Source of the DNA: Candidatus Poribacteria bacterium
GTDB lineage: Bacteria; Poribacteria; WGA-4E; PCPOR2b
Length of the DNA stretch: 64,000 bases
Assembly: GCA_965218095.1 (NCBI GenBank)
Contig: OZ244587.1
Span: 2,496,001-2,560,000, forward strand
Direction of reading: 5' to 3'
In this document: positions 1 to 9,688 of the stretch, piece after piece
Position numbering within the stretch: the first letter of the stretch is position 1
How the letters are laid out: the number at the start of each line of letters is the position of its first letter
Translations under genes and position numbers: made by a program
The notes under the pieces: model-generated
What the model was told of the DNA's origin: nothing
The model's input: the letters and a program-made list of their open reading frames with translations, nothing else
The model's database searches: none

Positions 1-601
1 GGGGCAAAAATCGCGGCGTCATTGGCTGATTTACTATATTAGTTGTATCAATTCACTCGTGGGCAGTGTGACTGCTTCCACGCTTGGGTTGCTGATTAAG
101 ACCCGTTTGGGCGCCGTGATTCAATTCAGCCACTTTTCGATAAAAGTAGCGTCGCTGACAGGGATTTTGCTTGCCCTCCGATGGTTACTCTTTTTTCTAT
201 TGGCGCCAGTCTTCGGACACCTTGCAGATCGATTGAGCCGAAGATTCGTGCAACTCTTCGGACTCCTGATACGCATTGTCGGATTAGGGATCTTAGCCAC
301 CGGCGGCAGTTTTATCTGGATTGGCACTGCGCTGATCCTGACATCTATATCGAGCCCGGCAATTTCAGTCGCTCTGGATGCCTCAATCACAGATGCAGCT
401 TCAGCGAGGCAGCGGGGAAAAACGATCGGCGCCTACACGACTTTCACAGATCTGGGGTCTGCTGGGGGGCCGTTCGTGGGCTACCGGGTGATTGATTGGA
501 TCGGCGTTTCACCGGGTTTGGGAACGGTTTATTGGGCAGGCATGGTGCTGTTGCTCTCAGGCGTATTGGCTTCGTTTGGCGTCAAACGCGCAAAGGATTA
601 G
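1..601 (+). CDS. MFS transporter, C-terminal part (5' end lies outside the window)
   Basis: Frame is open from the window start; multiple TM helices; MFS motif-A-like GHLADRLSRR and a RGKTIGAY..DLG..GP segment. Confidence 0.85.
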   Translation, partial: GQKSRRHWLIYYISCINSLVGSVTASTLGLLIKTRLGAVIQFSHFSIKVASLTGILLALRWLLFFLLAPVFGHLADRLSRRFVQLFGLLIRIVGLGILATGGSFIWIGTALILTSISSPAISVALDASITDAASARQRGKTIGAYTTFTDLGSAGGPFVGYRVIDWIGVSPGLGTVYWAGMVLLLSGVLASFGVKRAKD

Positions 602-603
602 GG

Positions 604-744
604 ATCCTGTCAAAAGAAAGTGCATCCTAACATTTGTGTGACTTTTGATACGCCCCCTCTATGTCTCCCCCAAAGTTGGGGGGAGATTCAGAGGGGGCAG
701 GATAGTCGCATCATAACTCACTTTGCACGTTTCCTTGACATGAG
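604..744. mobile_element. MITE-like element with imperfect ~24-bp TIRs enclosing a C/G-rich palindrome
   Basis: Left ATCCTGTCAAAAGAAAGTGCA (604) and right CTTTGCACGTTTCCTTGACATGAG (721-744); same end type recurs at 48644, 48697 and 48999; internal CCCCCAAAGTTGGGGG hairpin. Confidence 0.5.
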
Positions 745-745
745 T

Positions 746-781
746 CAAGTGTGCTAAAGTGTCTAAAGTGCCTGAAGTTAG
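746..781. repeat. Short ~9-mer tandem repeat; its first 24 bp are identical to 61203-61226
   Basis: CAAGTGTGCTAAAGTGTCTAAAGT at both sites. Confidence 0.75.
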
Positions 782-940
782 GAAAGGCGCACAATCGGCT
801 GTTTCAAAAAGTGATCTGAACTTGCTTAATGTTACTTGGTCATCATAAGACCGCTCAAGCCCAATGAACCCTTAAACTCCTTATTTTCCTCTCACTCACC
901 GTTCCCTCACTCCCTTGCCCCTCTGCTCCCCTGCCCCTTT

Positions 941-1999
941 TCACTGCGCTGTAACTTCCCGCCATCGTTCAACCAATCTCTGCCTGTTCCCCGCCGCCCA
1001 GATGGGGTCGAAGCGAATCAACTTCACCTGATCTGCGGTGACTGCGCCTTGAACAACTTCGGCTCGCGGGTTCAAGGGCGTGCGGAACCATCTCTGCATC
1101 AAGTTCTGCGCCTCCACGGAGAGCGCCCAATCCATGAACCGTTTGGCGGCGGTTTGATTGGGACCGCCTTTTACGAGCGCCATCGCACCGATCTCGTATC
1201 CGGTCCCCTCCTCCGGAAACCTCAGAACAACAGGGTATCCTTTCGCGGGTCCCTTCTTGACAATATCGTGCGAAAAGGCAATCCCCACGGCAATTTCGCC
1301 AAAACCCACCTGCGTCACGCACGCCGATCCGGATTTGTTGTAGTGGTGGACATTCCGATTCAACTTTGCAATATAATCGAAGCCTGCCTCCTCGCCTATC
1401 AGTTGCACAAGCGCAGCGAGCAGCGTGTTGGCTGTCCCTGATGTATAGGCATAAGCCACGCCAATTTCACCTTTGAATTCAGGTTTTAACAGGTCATACC
1501 ATGAAGTGGGTGGTGGAATCCCTTTGCGTGCCAGGATTTCCGTGTTGCAGGCGAAACCGATCGCGCCAAAGTAGAACCCCGTCCAGTGGTGCGCTTCGTC
1601 GAATGTGCCGGGCGGAGGCTGAAAATCGGTTTGCGGTTGATAAGGGGCAAGCAATCCTTCCCGCCTGGCGATAATGAATTCCGGCGATGGTCCCCCAAAC
1701 CAGAGCGCGACTTGTGGATTGTTTCGCTCACTTCGGATGCGCACCAACGCCTCCCCTGCGGGCAGACGGACCCACCGCACCTGAACCCCGCTCTTTTCCT
1801 CAAAAGCGCGGAGGTAGATCTTTGCCTCATTCGTGTCCAGAGATGTGTAAAGGTGAAGTGTGTCGCCCGTGCCGCTTGTGACATCCGCTTTCGACGCTGC
1901 GGTTTGTGACTGGCTTGATGGTGTTTCACGACACCCCAGCAGCCAGAGAGTGGAGAGCAAGCAGATAATAATAAGAATGTTCATGTATCCTCGGCGCAT
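941..1999 (-). CDS. ABC transporter substrate-binding lipoprotein (AfuA/FbpA-like)
   Basis: Lipobox LLGC; LYTS, WFGGP, TSGTA, P.EGTGYEIG and AKRFMDWALS motifs of Fe3+/sugar-phosphate SBPs. Confidence 0.88.
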   Translation of the reverse strand: MRRGYMNILIIICLLSTLWLLGCRETPSSQSQTAASKADVTSGTGDTLHLYTSLDTNEAKIYLRAFEEKSGVQVRWVRLPAGEALVRIRSERNNPQVALWFGGPSPEFIIARREGLLAPYQPQTDFQPPPGTFDEAHHWTGFYFGAIGFACNTEILARKGIPPPTSWYDLLKPEFKGEIGVAYAYTSGTANTLLAALVQLIGEEAGFDYIAKLNRNVHHYNKSGSACVTQVGFGEIAVGIAFSHDIVKKGPAKGYPVVLRFPEEGTGYEIGAMALVKGGPNQTAAKRFMDWALSVEAQNLMQRWFRTPLNPRAEVVQGAVTADQVKLIRFDPIWAAGNRQRLVERWREVTAQ

Positions 2000-2039
2000 C
2001 AGATGAGTCGTAACCTTTCTGGGGCTCTTTTCGACGTTT

Positions 2040-2303
2040 TGTAGTGGTCAACAACATATTGCTTTTTCTCGCTCCCCCGCTCCGCCGATGAATCAGCGGG
2101 CTACACGGCTGCGTCCGATGAATCGGACTTAGAAGATCGCTTGAAAGCCCCGATCGCTTTGATCGGGGTGCCGCTGTTTAACTCGGCAACTTCATCGCCG
2201 AGCGTGCATCACCGAGCGAAAAGATCTGGGTAAAAGTAAGCCTCGTAGGAGAGGGGCCAGAGGAGAGGTTCTGTGCGACTTCAATATGTGCTTGACCATT
2301 ACA
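2040..2303. mobile_element. 264-bp non-autonomous MITE with TGT...ACA ends and a 15-bp flanking direct repeat
   Basis: TIRs TGTAGTGGTCAACAACATATTG / CAATATGTGCTTGACCATTACA; DR CTCTTTTCGAC(G/A)TTT at 2025-2039 and 2304-2318. Confidence 0.75.
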
Positions 2304-2361
2304 CTCTTTTCGACATTTTATCAAGAACACCAGGATCTTTCAACCCAAAAAGGAATTCGCC

Positions 2362-3685
2362 TACCCTCAGTTTTTTCTAAGAGTATATGCTCATTGTTTT
2401 TGTGAGCGATAAGTGTGAGAAAGGCTTGTCAGATATGGTAAAATACCTCCTTACCTAAAACACCGACTGTTTAAAGCAAGGAGGTATTATGAAAACACCC
2501 CCCCAAAAGCGGGTGAATCCCATACCCATGATAACCACTATCACCGAGATTTTCAACCCCGTTTTGAAAAAACCAGCGTTAAAAAACCTGATACTTACGA
2601 CCTTAGCCATTGCATTGGCTAAGACCTTTCGTCTCAATGAAATTGCCTCACGATTGCCGGTAGCAGTCAAGAGTCAAAAGACGAAACAGAAACGGCTGCT
2701 TCGATTCTTGGCACGTCCCTTTCCAATAGGTGCGGTGATGCGCTGTTGGTTGTTTTTCGTGCTGAGGCGCGTCTGTCAACCCGACACCACTCGTCGTTTG
2801 ATTTTGGTTGATGAAACGCAAGTGCTTGGCAATTTCAAAGCGATTGTCGCCGCCGTGCCATTTCGCCGCCGGGGTATACTTATCTACTGGCACATCTATA
2901 GTGATGCTGAGATTCAGGGTATGACATATAAAAGCCATAATGAGATTATCCAACGCTTTTGTGTCACGCTCTATCAAAAGACCCAAGCGGCTTTGCCTCC
3001 CACGTGTGATCCGGTGTTGATATTTGATCGGGGGTTCGCCCGTGGTAGATGTGTGATAAAGTTTCTCAAAGCACAACAGATTCCGTTTATAATGCGCGTC
3101 TGTCGCAATGTTCGCATTACCGTTTGGGGAACTGTCAAAAAGATAGAACAGTTGAAGGCAACCGGGTTCTATCCACAGATTCTCTATCACCAAACGGAAC
3201 AGATTCGACTGAATCTGTATGTAGTGAGAGATGCACGATTTGCTGAGCCGATGTATCTGATTTCAAGTCATTTGACAGGGAGTCAAATCCACCGCTGCTA
3301 TAAGCGAAGAATGCAGATTGAACACGGATTTCGGGACATCAAAACCGGCTTTGGCTTTGGCAGTCTGATTCTCAACAAACCGACGAAATCCCGCATCAAT
3401 CTGTTATGGCTGTTGGCTTGTCTGAGTTATGGGTTGCTGTTTATCATCTATCAAAAATCCGGCCACCGATGGGCAAAAGCATTCAACACAAAGACAAAGA
3501 CTTATTCGCTGATTACGGTGATTAAGCGCGTGGTTGCTGATGCGTGGGTGGAATGGTGTCTGAGTTCCTTTTTCACCCTTCCCCTGTGTCGGGGAGATAC
3601 CCTTCAACATGCTTAACGACAACCATTCTCACAACCCTAACCGCTCAAAACCCGTCAAATCTCTACTCTTGAAAAACTGGGGGTA
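2362..3685 (+). mobile_element. Insertion sequence, IS4-like
   Basis: Imperfect TIRs TACCCTCAGTTTTTTCTAAGAGTA (2362-2385) and TACTCTTGAAAAACTGGGGGTA (3664-3685) around a transposase; no long TSD seen. Confidence 0.8.
2489..3616 (+). CDS. IS4-family DDE transposase
   Basis: ILVDET, IFDRGF and the Y(2)R(3)E(6)K signature YKRRMQIEHGFRDIK. Confidence 0.9.
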   Translation: MKTPPQKRVNPIPMITTITEIFNPVLKKPALKNLILTTLAIALAKTFRLNEIASRLPVAVKSQKTKQKRLLRFLARPFPIGAVMRCWLFFVLRRVCQPDTTRRLILVDETQVLGNFKAIVAAVPFRRRGILIYWHIYSDAEIQGMTYKSHNEIIQRFCVTLYQKTQAALPPTCDPVLIFDRGFARGRCVIKFLKAQQIPFIMRVCRNVRITVWGTVKKIEQLKATGFYPQILYHQTEQIRLNLYVVRDARFAEPMYLISSHLTGSQIHRCYKRRMQIEHGFRDIKTGFGFGSLILNKPTKSRINLLWLLACLSYGLLFIIYQKSGHRWAKAFNTKTKTYSLITVIKRVVADAWVEWCLSSFFTLPLCRGDTLQHA

Positions 3686-4119
3686 AATGAAAAAAAGGAA
3701 GCATTGACACTGGAAAGCGATTTGTGCTACACTAACATCGCTTTCGGTTCAGATATTCAGGGAGAACTGTGAACGGTTTTATTTGCAGCTTTACTCAAAT
3801 GTCAACAGAACCTAATATCTGCCGAGGATTTTATTGAAAAAGTTGCAACTAAGACTATTGCAGGCAATCCGTACTATGTTGTGGAGGCAGATAGGGCCAA
3901 ACAGAAGTTGGACGCTTGGCTAATGGACGTGTTACGAAAACACCGCACTCGCAATATAAGATGAGATTAAGAACGCTTCCTTACCTGTTCTCTCACTCGA
4001 CCGGCACCTCCGAAGTCGTGAACTAATACCACCTAGAAATCCCCCACGCTCTCGTTGGCCCCGCTTCGCACCCCGATCCATCGGGTCCCGATCGAGCAGG
4101 GCATCTCTATCTTTTGGGG

Positions 4120-4148
4120 TTGACAGAAATCACATCTTGTGCTAACTT
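4120..4148 (+). promoter_or_regulatory. Putative sigma70 promoter upstream of dnaE
   Basis: TTGACA-17 nt-TAACTT with an extended TG. Confidence 0.45.
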
Positions 4149-4254
4149 TTAACTTGTTCTCAATCTGCAATTCACGCCAAAAGGGATTATCTCTCCGCAA
4201 TTTCCCTATTTTCTCATTCCACTATGAAACACGCAAAGATAAGGATATAGAGAT

Positions 4255-7200
4255 ATGGCAAAACCCGCATTTGTTCACCTACACAATCATAGCGAATATA
4301 GTCTGCTTGATGGTGCCTGTCGAATCGTGGACATGATCGATTGGGCTTATAAAACGAGCACGCCTGCGGTTGCACTCACAGATCACGGCAACCTGTTTGG
4401 TGCATGGGAGTTCTACAAAACAGCGAAGGATAAGGGCGTCAATCCGATTATCGGTTGTGAGGTTTACGTGGCACCTGGCAGTCGCCATGAACGTGGCAAA
4501 GAACAGGGCAGTCCGTATCACCTGACGCTGCTCTCGGAGGATGCAACCGGTTATAAAAACCTCATGAAGTTGGTTTCGCTCGGCTACATTGAGGGCTTTT
4601 ACTCGAAACCTCGCATCGACATGGAAATCCTGCGCGAGCACCAAGAAGGCATCATTGCCCTGACAGGGTGCATCCAGGGATTTGTTCCGGCGCTTCTGGC
4701 TTTGGATCAGCGCGACGAAGCAGTGAAAAACTTCAGGATGCTTCAGGAAATTATGGGTAAAGATAACCTGTATGTCGAGGTTCAGAGTCACGGCATCCTC
4801 GAAGAAGAACGTGCCTATCATGTCATGGTAGAGCTTGCCAAAGAGTATAATTTGCCACTCGTTGGAACAAACGATTGTCACTACCTCAAAAGTTCCGACC
4901 ACAAGATGCACGATGTGCTACTGTGCATCCAAATGAAGCGTACAGTGAGTGAAGCAGACCGCATGCGCTTTCTGAATGAGTTTTATTTCAAAAGCATTGA
5001 TGAGATGAACGAGGCGCTTAAGGATTTTCCGCCCGAAGCGATTACTAACACCATTGAGATTGCCAATCGGTGCCAACTGAAACTCCATTACGGCGAGAAC
5101 ATGATGCCGAAATATGAAGTGCCCGAAGGCTACACCGACGCCACCTATCTTTCCAAGCTCTGCTACGACGGGTTGAAGGAAAAGTATGGCGAACTCTCCT
5201 CAGAGGTAAAGCAGCAAGTCGACCACGAGCTTGATGTGATCACACAGACCGGCTACTGCGGCTATTTTCTGATCGTGTGGGATTACGTCAACTACGCACG
5301 AAAGCAGGGCTTTCCGCTGACCGCCCGTGGGTCGTCGGCGAGTAGCTTAGTTTTGTATGCCCTCGGCGTAATCAACTTCAACCCAATGGACTATGGCTGC
5401 CTATTTGAACGTTTTCTGAATCTTGAGCGTGTCGATCCACCTGACATCGACATTGATTTCGCAGACGAAGCCCGGAAACTGGTGATTGATTACCTAATCG
5501 AGAAATACGGCTCGGAATCCGTGGGGAGTATTGCGGCTTTCAACAGCCTTGGGGCAAGGGCTGCGATTAAGGATGTTGGTCGGGCTTTGGATATACCGTT
5601 GGAGAACGTCGATCGATTAACGAAGTTGATTCCAAGTACACCGGGAATTACGATCGATAAAGCCTTAGAAGATGTACCGCAATTAAAGGAAATCGCCGAA
5701 GAATCCGACAATCAGGAGTTGATAGAACTCTCAAAAGCAGTCGAAGGGATGAAGCGGCACGTCTCAACTCACGCTTCGGGAATTGTGGTGGCAAATGGCC
5801 CCCTTACCGATTACGTGCCCCTGTTCAAGGATAAGCACGGGCGAATTGCCACACAGTTTGAAGGAACAACGGTTTCAGAAATCGGTATGGTGAAGTTCGA
5901 TTTTCTCGGCGTGCGCACTTTGTCGGAAACCTACAACTGCCTTAACCGAATCAAGGAACGGCATGGGGTAGACCTCAAACTTGAAGATATTCCGTTTGAT
6001 GATGAAAAGACTTACGCTCTCATCAGCAAGGGGCTTGTTGCAGGGCTCTTTCAGTTGGAGACCTCGCCGGGAATGCGTCGCATTATCATGCAAATTAAGC
6101 CCGATAATTTTGAGGAGTTCACAGCGATTCCCGCGCTGTATCGGCCCGGCCCTCTGGACAGCGGGATGATGGATAGCTTCATTCGCCGTAAACTTAAAGT
6201 CGAAAAGGTCACATACCCGCACCCGATTTTGGAAAACGCGCTGAAGAATACCTTCGGTGTGTGCGTTTATCAGGAACAGGTGATGCGGATTGCCCAAGAT
6301 ATGGCTGGATATACGCTTGGAGAGGCGGGCGTCCTCAATTACGCGGTGAGTAAAAAGAAAGTCGACATGATCAAAGAGCAGCGCGTGAAATTCGTTGAAG
6401 GGGCGGTCAACAACGGAATCAAGGAGGAGGAAGCGGGAGAAGTCTTCGACCTGATTGAGCCATTTGGTCGGTATGCGTTCAACAAATCGCACACCGTCAC
6501 CTACGCGATTCTGTCATATCAGATGGCGTACCTCAAGACGTACTATCCGCGGGAGTTTATGGCGTCAATGATGACCGGTGAATCTGCCCATAGCGACAAG
6601 ATTACGAGATATACCGCCGAATGTCGCAAGCTATCGGAATTCCTCGAAACAAAGATTGAAGTCCTACCCCCGGATATTAACAGCAGCAATAAGGACTTTA
6701 CTGTTGTTGGGGAGGACATCCGTTTTGGGTTAATTGCCGTCAAAAACGTTAGCGACGCGGCGCTTGAGGCGATTGTCCAGGCGCGCGAAAAGGACGGTTC
6801 ATTTAAGTCGCTGCAAGACTTCTGCGAGCGGGTCGATACGAAGCTGGTTAATAAGCGGGCGATTGAAAGTTTGATTATGGCGGGGGCGTTTGACTCACTC
6901 GATGGGCATCGGGCGCAGCATCTAGCGAGTCTTGAGCAAGTTATGAAGGCAGCTCAGAGCGCGCAAAAGGACCGGGAGAAGGGGCAGATGAATCTCTTCG
7001 GAGCGATTGAGGAGGAAACGCCGATGACGCAGGTGGATCTAGTCGATGCGCCGGAATGGTCGTATGCCGAAATGCTCAAGAATGAAAAGGAACAACTCGG
7101 CTTCTATCTTTCCGGGCACCCGCTGGAGCAGTATGAGGACATTATGAAATACTACACCACTGCCACTTCTCAAACCCTTACGGAGCATTCTAACGGGACG

Positions 7201-7788
7201 GAGGTGTACGCCGTTGGCTTGATCGCTTCGGTTCACCTCACCAGAACCAAGAAGGGCGATCCGATGGCAATCTTGGTTATCGAAGATCTGGAAGGCGTCA
7301 CCGATGTTGTTGTTTTCCCGGAAGCCTACAAGGGTTCACGGTACGTGATTGAGGAAGGCAGTGTTGTGTGGGTTCGTGGGAATGTTGGCGAAGGCAGACA
7401 GAAGAATGGAGGGAATGGCGACGAAATCGAGGAGGATATTCGTCAGATTCAGGCGGAGGCGATCTTACCGATTGATGAGGTTGTAGACGAGTTGACATCG
7501 GCAGTCGAAGTCGAGATTGCTGAGACTGATATTGCCAATCAGGAGAAGATTGATGCGCTGCAGACCATCTGTTTGCGAGGACGCGGCGACCATGATCTGA
7601 TTCTGCGTCTCATAAATCCCAGGTACGGTGAAGTCATCGCGCAATGCAGCGCACGCTACAACATTTCCTATGCGCCCAAAATCGTGTCGGAAATTGAAGC
7701 CCTCTTTGGCAGCGACTCCGTTAAGCCGAGCAACCGCACCACTCGTGTTGGAGAGAAATCTCAATATTCTACGATGAATTTTGTCTGA
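4255..7788 (+). CDS. dnaE: DNA polymerase III alpha subunit
   Basis: PHP motif HLHNHSEYSLLDGA, catalytic PDIDIDF, KFDFLG, YAFNKSH, clamp-binding QMNLF, OB domain; 1177 aa. Confidence 0.98.
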   Translation: MAKPAFVHLHNHSEYSLLDGACRIVDMIDWAYKTSTPAVALTDHGNLFGAWEFYKTAKDKGVNPIIGCEVYVAPGSRHERGKEQGSPYHLTLLSEDATGYKNLMKLVSLGYIEGFYSKPRIDMEILREHQEGIIALTGCIQGFVPALLALDQRDEAVKNFRMLQEIMGKDNLYVEVQSHGILEEERAYHVMVELAKEYNLPLVGTNDCHYLKSSDHKMHDVLLCIQMKRTVSEADRMRFLNEFYFKSIDEMNEALKDFPPEAITNTIEIANRCQLKLHYGENMMPKYEVPEGYTDATYLSKLCYDGLKEKYGELSSEVKQQVDHELDVITQTGYCGYFLIVWDYVNYARKQGFPLTARGSSASSLVLYALGVINFNPMDYGCLFERFLNLERVDPPDIDIDFADEARKLVIDYLIEKYGSESVGSIAAFNSLGARAAIKDVGRALDIPLENVDRLTKLIPSTPGITIDKALEDVPQLKEIAEESDNQELIELSKAVEGMKRHVSTHASGIVVANGPLTDYVPLFKDKHGRIATQFEGTTVSEIGMVKFDFLGVRTLSETYNCLNRIKERHGVDLKLEDIPFDDEKTYALISKGLVAGLFQLETSPGMRRIIMQIKPDNFEEFTAIPALYRPGPLDSGMMDSFIRRKLKVEKVTYPHPILENALKNTFGVCVYQEQVMRIAQDMAGYTLGEAGVLNYAVSKKKVDMIKEQRVKFVEGAVNNGIKEEEAGEVFDLIEPFGRYAFNKSHTVTYAILSYQMAYLKTYYPREFMASMMTGESAHSDKITRYTAECRKLSEFLETKIEVLPPDINSSNKDFTVVGEDIRFGLIAVKNVSDAALEAIVQAREKDGSFKSLQDFCERVDTKLVNKRAIESLIMAGAFDSLDGHRAQHLASLEQVMKAAQSAQKDREKGQMNLFGAIEEETPMTQVDLVDAPEWSYAEMLKNEKEQLGFYLSGHPLEQYEDIMKYYTTATSQTLTEHSNGTEVYAVGLIASVHLTRTKKGDPMAILVIEDLEGVTDVVVFPEAYKGSRYVIEEGSVVWVRGNVGEGRQKNGGNGDEIEEDIRQIQAEAILPIDEVVDELTSAVEVEIAETDIANQEKIDALQTICLRGRGDHDLILRLINPRYGEVIAQCSARYNISYAPKIVSEIEALFGSDSVKPSNRTTRVGEKSQYSTMNFV

Positions 7789-7796
7789 TAGATTGA

Positions 7797-7829
7797 AACC
7801 TTGCGACGGTTCAAAACCTTCGCAAGGTT
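7797..7829. repeat. REP-like palindrome or terminator after dnaE
   Basis: AACCTTGCGA...TCGCAAGGTT, 10-bp arms. Confidence 0.6.
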
Positions 7830-8158
7830 AGTGTGCTCTAGCTAAGTTGTTGGTGATGCTCCCCGATTTTTTTCGTTTATTACCCATCACCAAATACTAC
7901 CAAGTATCACTTTTCACACACCTAACAGGGATAATCCAATGGCAGCAACCCCAAGAATCGTCGAAGAAAAACCGTGCTCAGAAAGAAACAATAAATGCCT
8001 TTGCGACTCTGATTATCGGCGAGGATCTGCGGTTATGATTACGATGGCAGGTTTCGGAACTTTACGTGGTTTGCAAGAGATGCGTTCGGAGGCCAAACCG
8101 CTTTAGGCGGAATGAGGACAACGGCTGTCGTATAGGTTTTATGTATCGTCATTTTATT

Positions 8159-8315
8159 TTGACTTTGTTAGATTAAAAGAGAGTGTCGGTAGATTCACTG
8201 GTGGCCTACTTCCCCCCGGCCCCCGCCTCCCTCAATTCCCCAACTTTGGGGGGAAGGGGAGAATCGCAAAAACTCCCCCAGAATTAGGGGCCGGGGGCGC
8301 ATGTAACAAAGTCAA
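8159..8315. repeat. IR-bounded element containing C/G-run palindromes
   Basis: Perfect 12-bp IR TTGACTTTGTTA / TAACAAAGTCAA; inside CCCCAACTTTGGGG and CCCCCAGAATTAGGGG, like the 655-700 repeat. Confidence 0.55.
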
Positions 8316-8349
8316 GATACATTTCACGCGGATAAAAAAGGTCTCGCTT

Positions 8350-9324
8350 ATGGATCTGGAAGTTCAGGTACAACAGTTCCGAGAAAACTTCAACCAAGTG
8401 AAGGCAGAAGTCCATAAACGCATCGTCGGGCAGGACGAGACCATTGAAGGCGTCTTGCTTTGTCTGCTTGCCGACGGTCATGTTTTGCTTGAGGGTGTCC
8501 CCGGCTTAGGCAAAACGCAGTTGATTCACACCTTGAGCGAAGCACTGAGTCTGTCGTTCAAGCGGATTCAGTTTACACCAGATACGATGCCATCGGACAT
8601 CACAGGCACGATGCTGCTCGTTGAAGATACACAGGGACGAAAACAGTTTGAATTTCAGCCGGGTCCAATCTTCGCGCAAATTGTCCTTGCGGACGAGATC
8701 AACCGCGCAATGCCGCGCACCCAATCTGCCCTGCTGGAAGCGATGCAGGAGCGTACTGTGAGTGTGGCACGGACGAGCTATAAACTGGAAGAGCCTTTCT
8801 GTGTTCTCGCAACTCAGAATCCGATCGAAATGGACGGGACATATCGCTTGCCGGAGGCACAACTGGATCGATTCCTATTCAAACTTTATGTCACTTTTCC
8901 AGAGGAAGATGAGATGCTTGAAATCTTGCGTCGAACGACAACGGATGCAGAAGCCGCGATTGAGAGAGTCAGCGATTCAGCGATGATTCAGCTAATGCGC
9001 CACGTCGTCCGACGTGTCCCAATCGCAGAGCATGTGGAACGCTATATCATTCGGCTCATCCGCGCAACCCATCCAGATAACTCCGATGCACCGGACATGA
9101 CGAGGCAGTATGTTGAATTGGGCGCAAGTATTCGTGGACTGCAAGCGATAACATTGACAGCGAAGATTAAGGCGCTGCTTGATGGGCGTTACAACGTTGC
9201 TTTTGAGGATGTGCGATCTGTTGCCCTGCCAGCATTACGACACCGTATCATTTTGAACTTTGAAGGCGAGGGAGAAGGCATCCAAACGGATGAGGTCATC
9301 AAGAACGTATTGGAATTCTTGTAA
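8350..9324 (+). CDS. MoxR-family AAA+ ATPase
   Basis: GHVLLEGVPGLGKT, RIQFTPD.MPSDITG, LADEINR, ATQNPIE, LPEAQLDRF. Confidence 0.95.
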   Translation: MDLEVQVQQFRENFNQVKAEVHKRIVGQDETIEGVLLCLLADGHVLLEGVPGLGKTQLIHTLSEALSLSFKRIQFTPDTMPSDITGTMLLVEDTQGRKQFEFQPGPIFAQIVLADEINRAMPRTQSALLEAMQERTVSVARTSYKLEEPFCVLATQNPIEMDGTYRLPEAQLDRFLFKLYVTFPEEDEMLEILRRTTTDAEAAIERVSDSAMIQLMRHVVRRVPIAEHVERYIIRLIRATHPDNSDAPDMTRQYVELGASIRGLQAITLTAKIKALLDGRYNVAFEDVRSVALPALRHRIILNFEGEGEGIQTDEVIKNVLEFL

Positions 9325-9366
9325 CTAATGGTCCATTTCAAAAGTCCGCATAGGGTTTGTCGCCTC

Positions 9367-9533
9367 AGACCTGACAGGTTTTGAAAACCTGTCAGGTCTA
9401 GCCATCCGAATTTAAAAACGAACCACCAACTTTCCATGAACTTATTGCGGGTAGTTTCTTGGAAGTCTAATAGAGCGCAGCGAAGAATCTCCTCGTTAAG
9501 GTGTAAGAGATCCTTCACTTCGTTGAGGCTGAC
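9367..9533. repeat. Cluster of REP-like palindromes
   Basis: AGACCTGACAGGTTTTGAAAACCTGTCAGGTCT (9367-9399); GAGCGCAGCGAAGAATCT...AGATCCTTCACTTCGTT (about 9473-9524). Confidence 0.7.
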
Positions 9534-9688
9534 GGGAGAAGCACGTGTTTTACTCGCTATAAGTTCAATATTAAAGTTCTCATTTCCTTGATGGAAGAGG
9601 AGAGGAAGCATAGAAGTCCACTTCCTTCCATTCTTCCTTTTCTTCCTCTTACGGATTACGTTTTACGCATCCCATTTCATATTTTCCT

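Noticed and set aside
4255-7788. Intein in dnaE, or an error-prone DnaE2
   Set aside because: Length is normal with no splicing motifs; PHP, clamp motif and C-terminal domain are present and imuA/imuB are not adjacent
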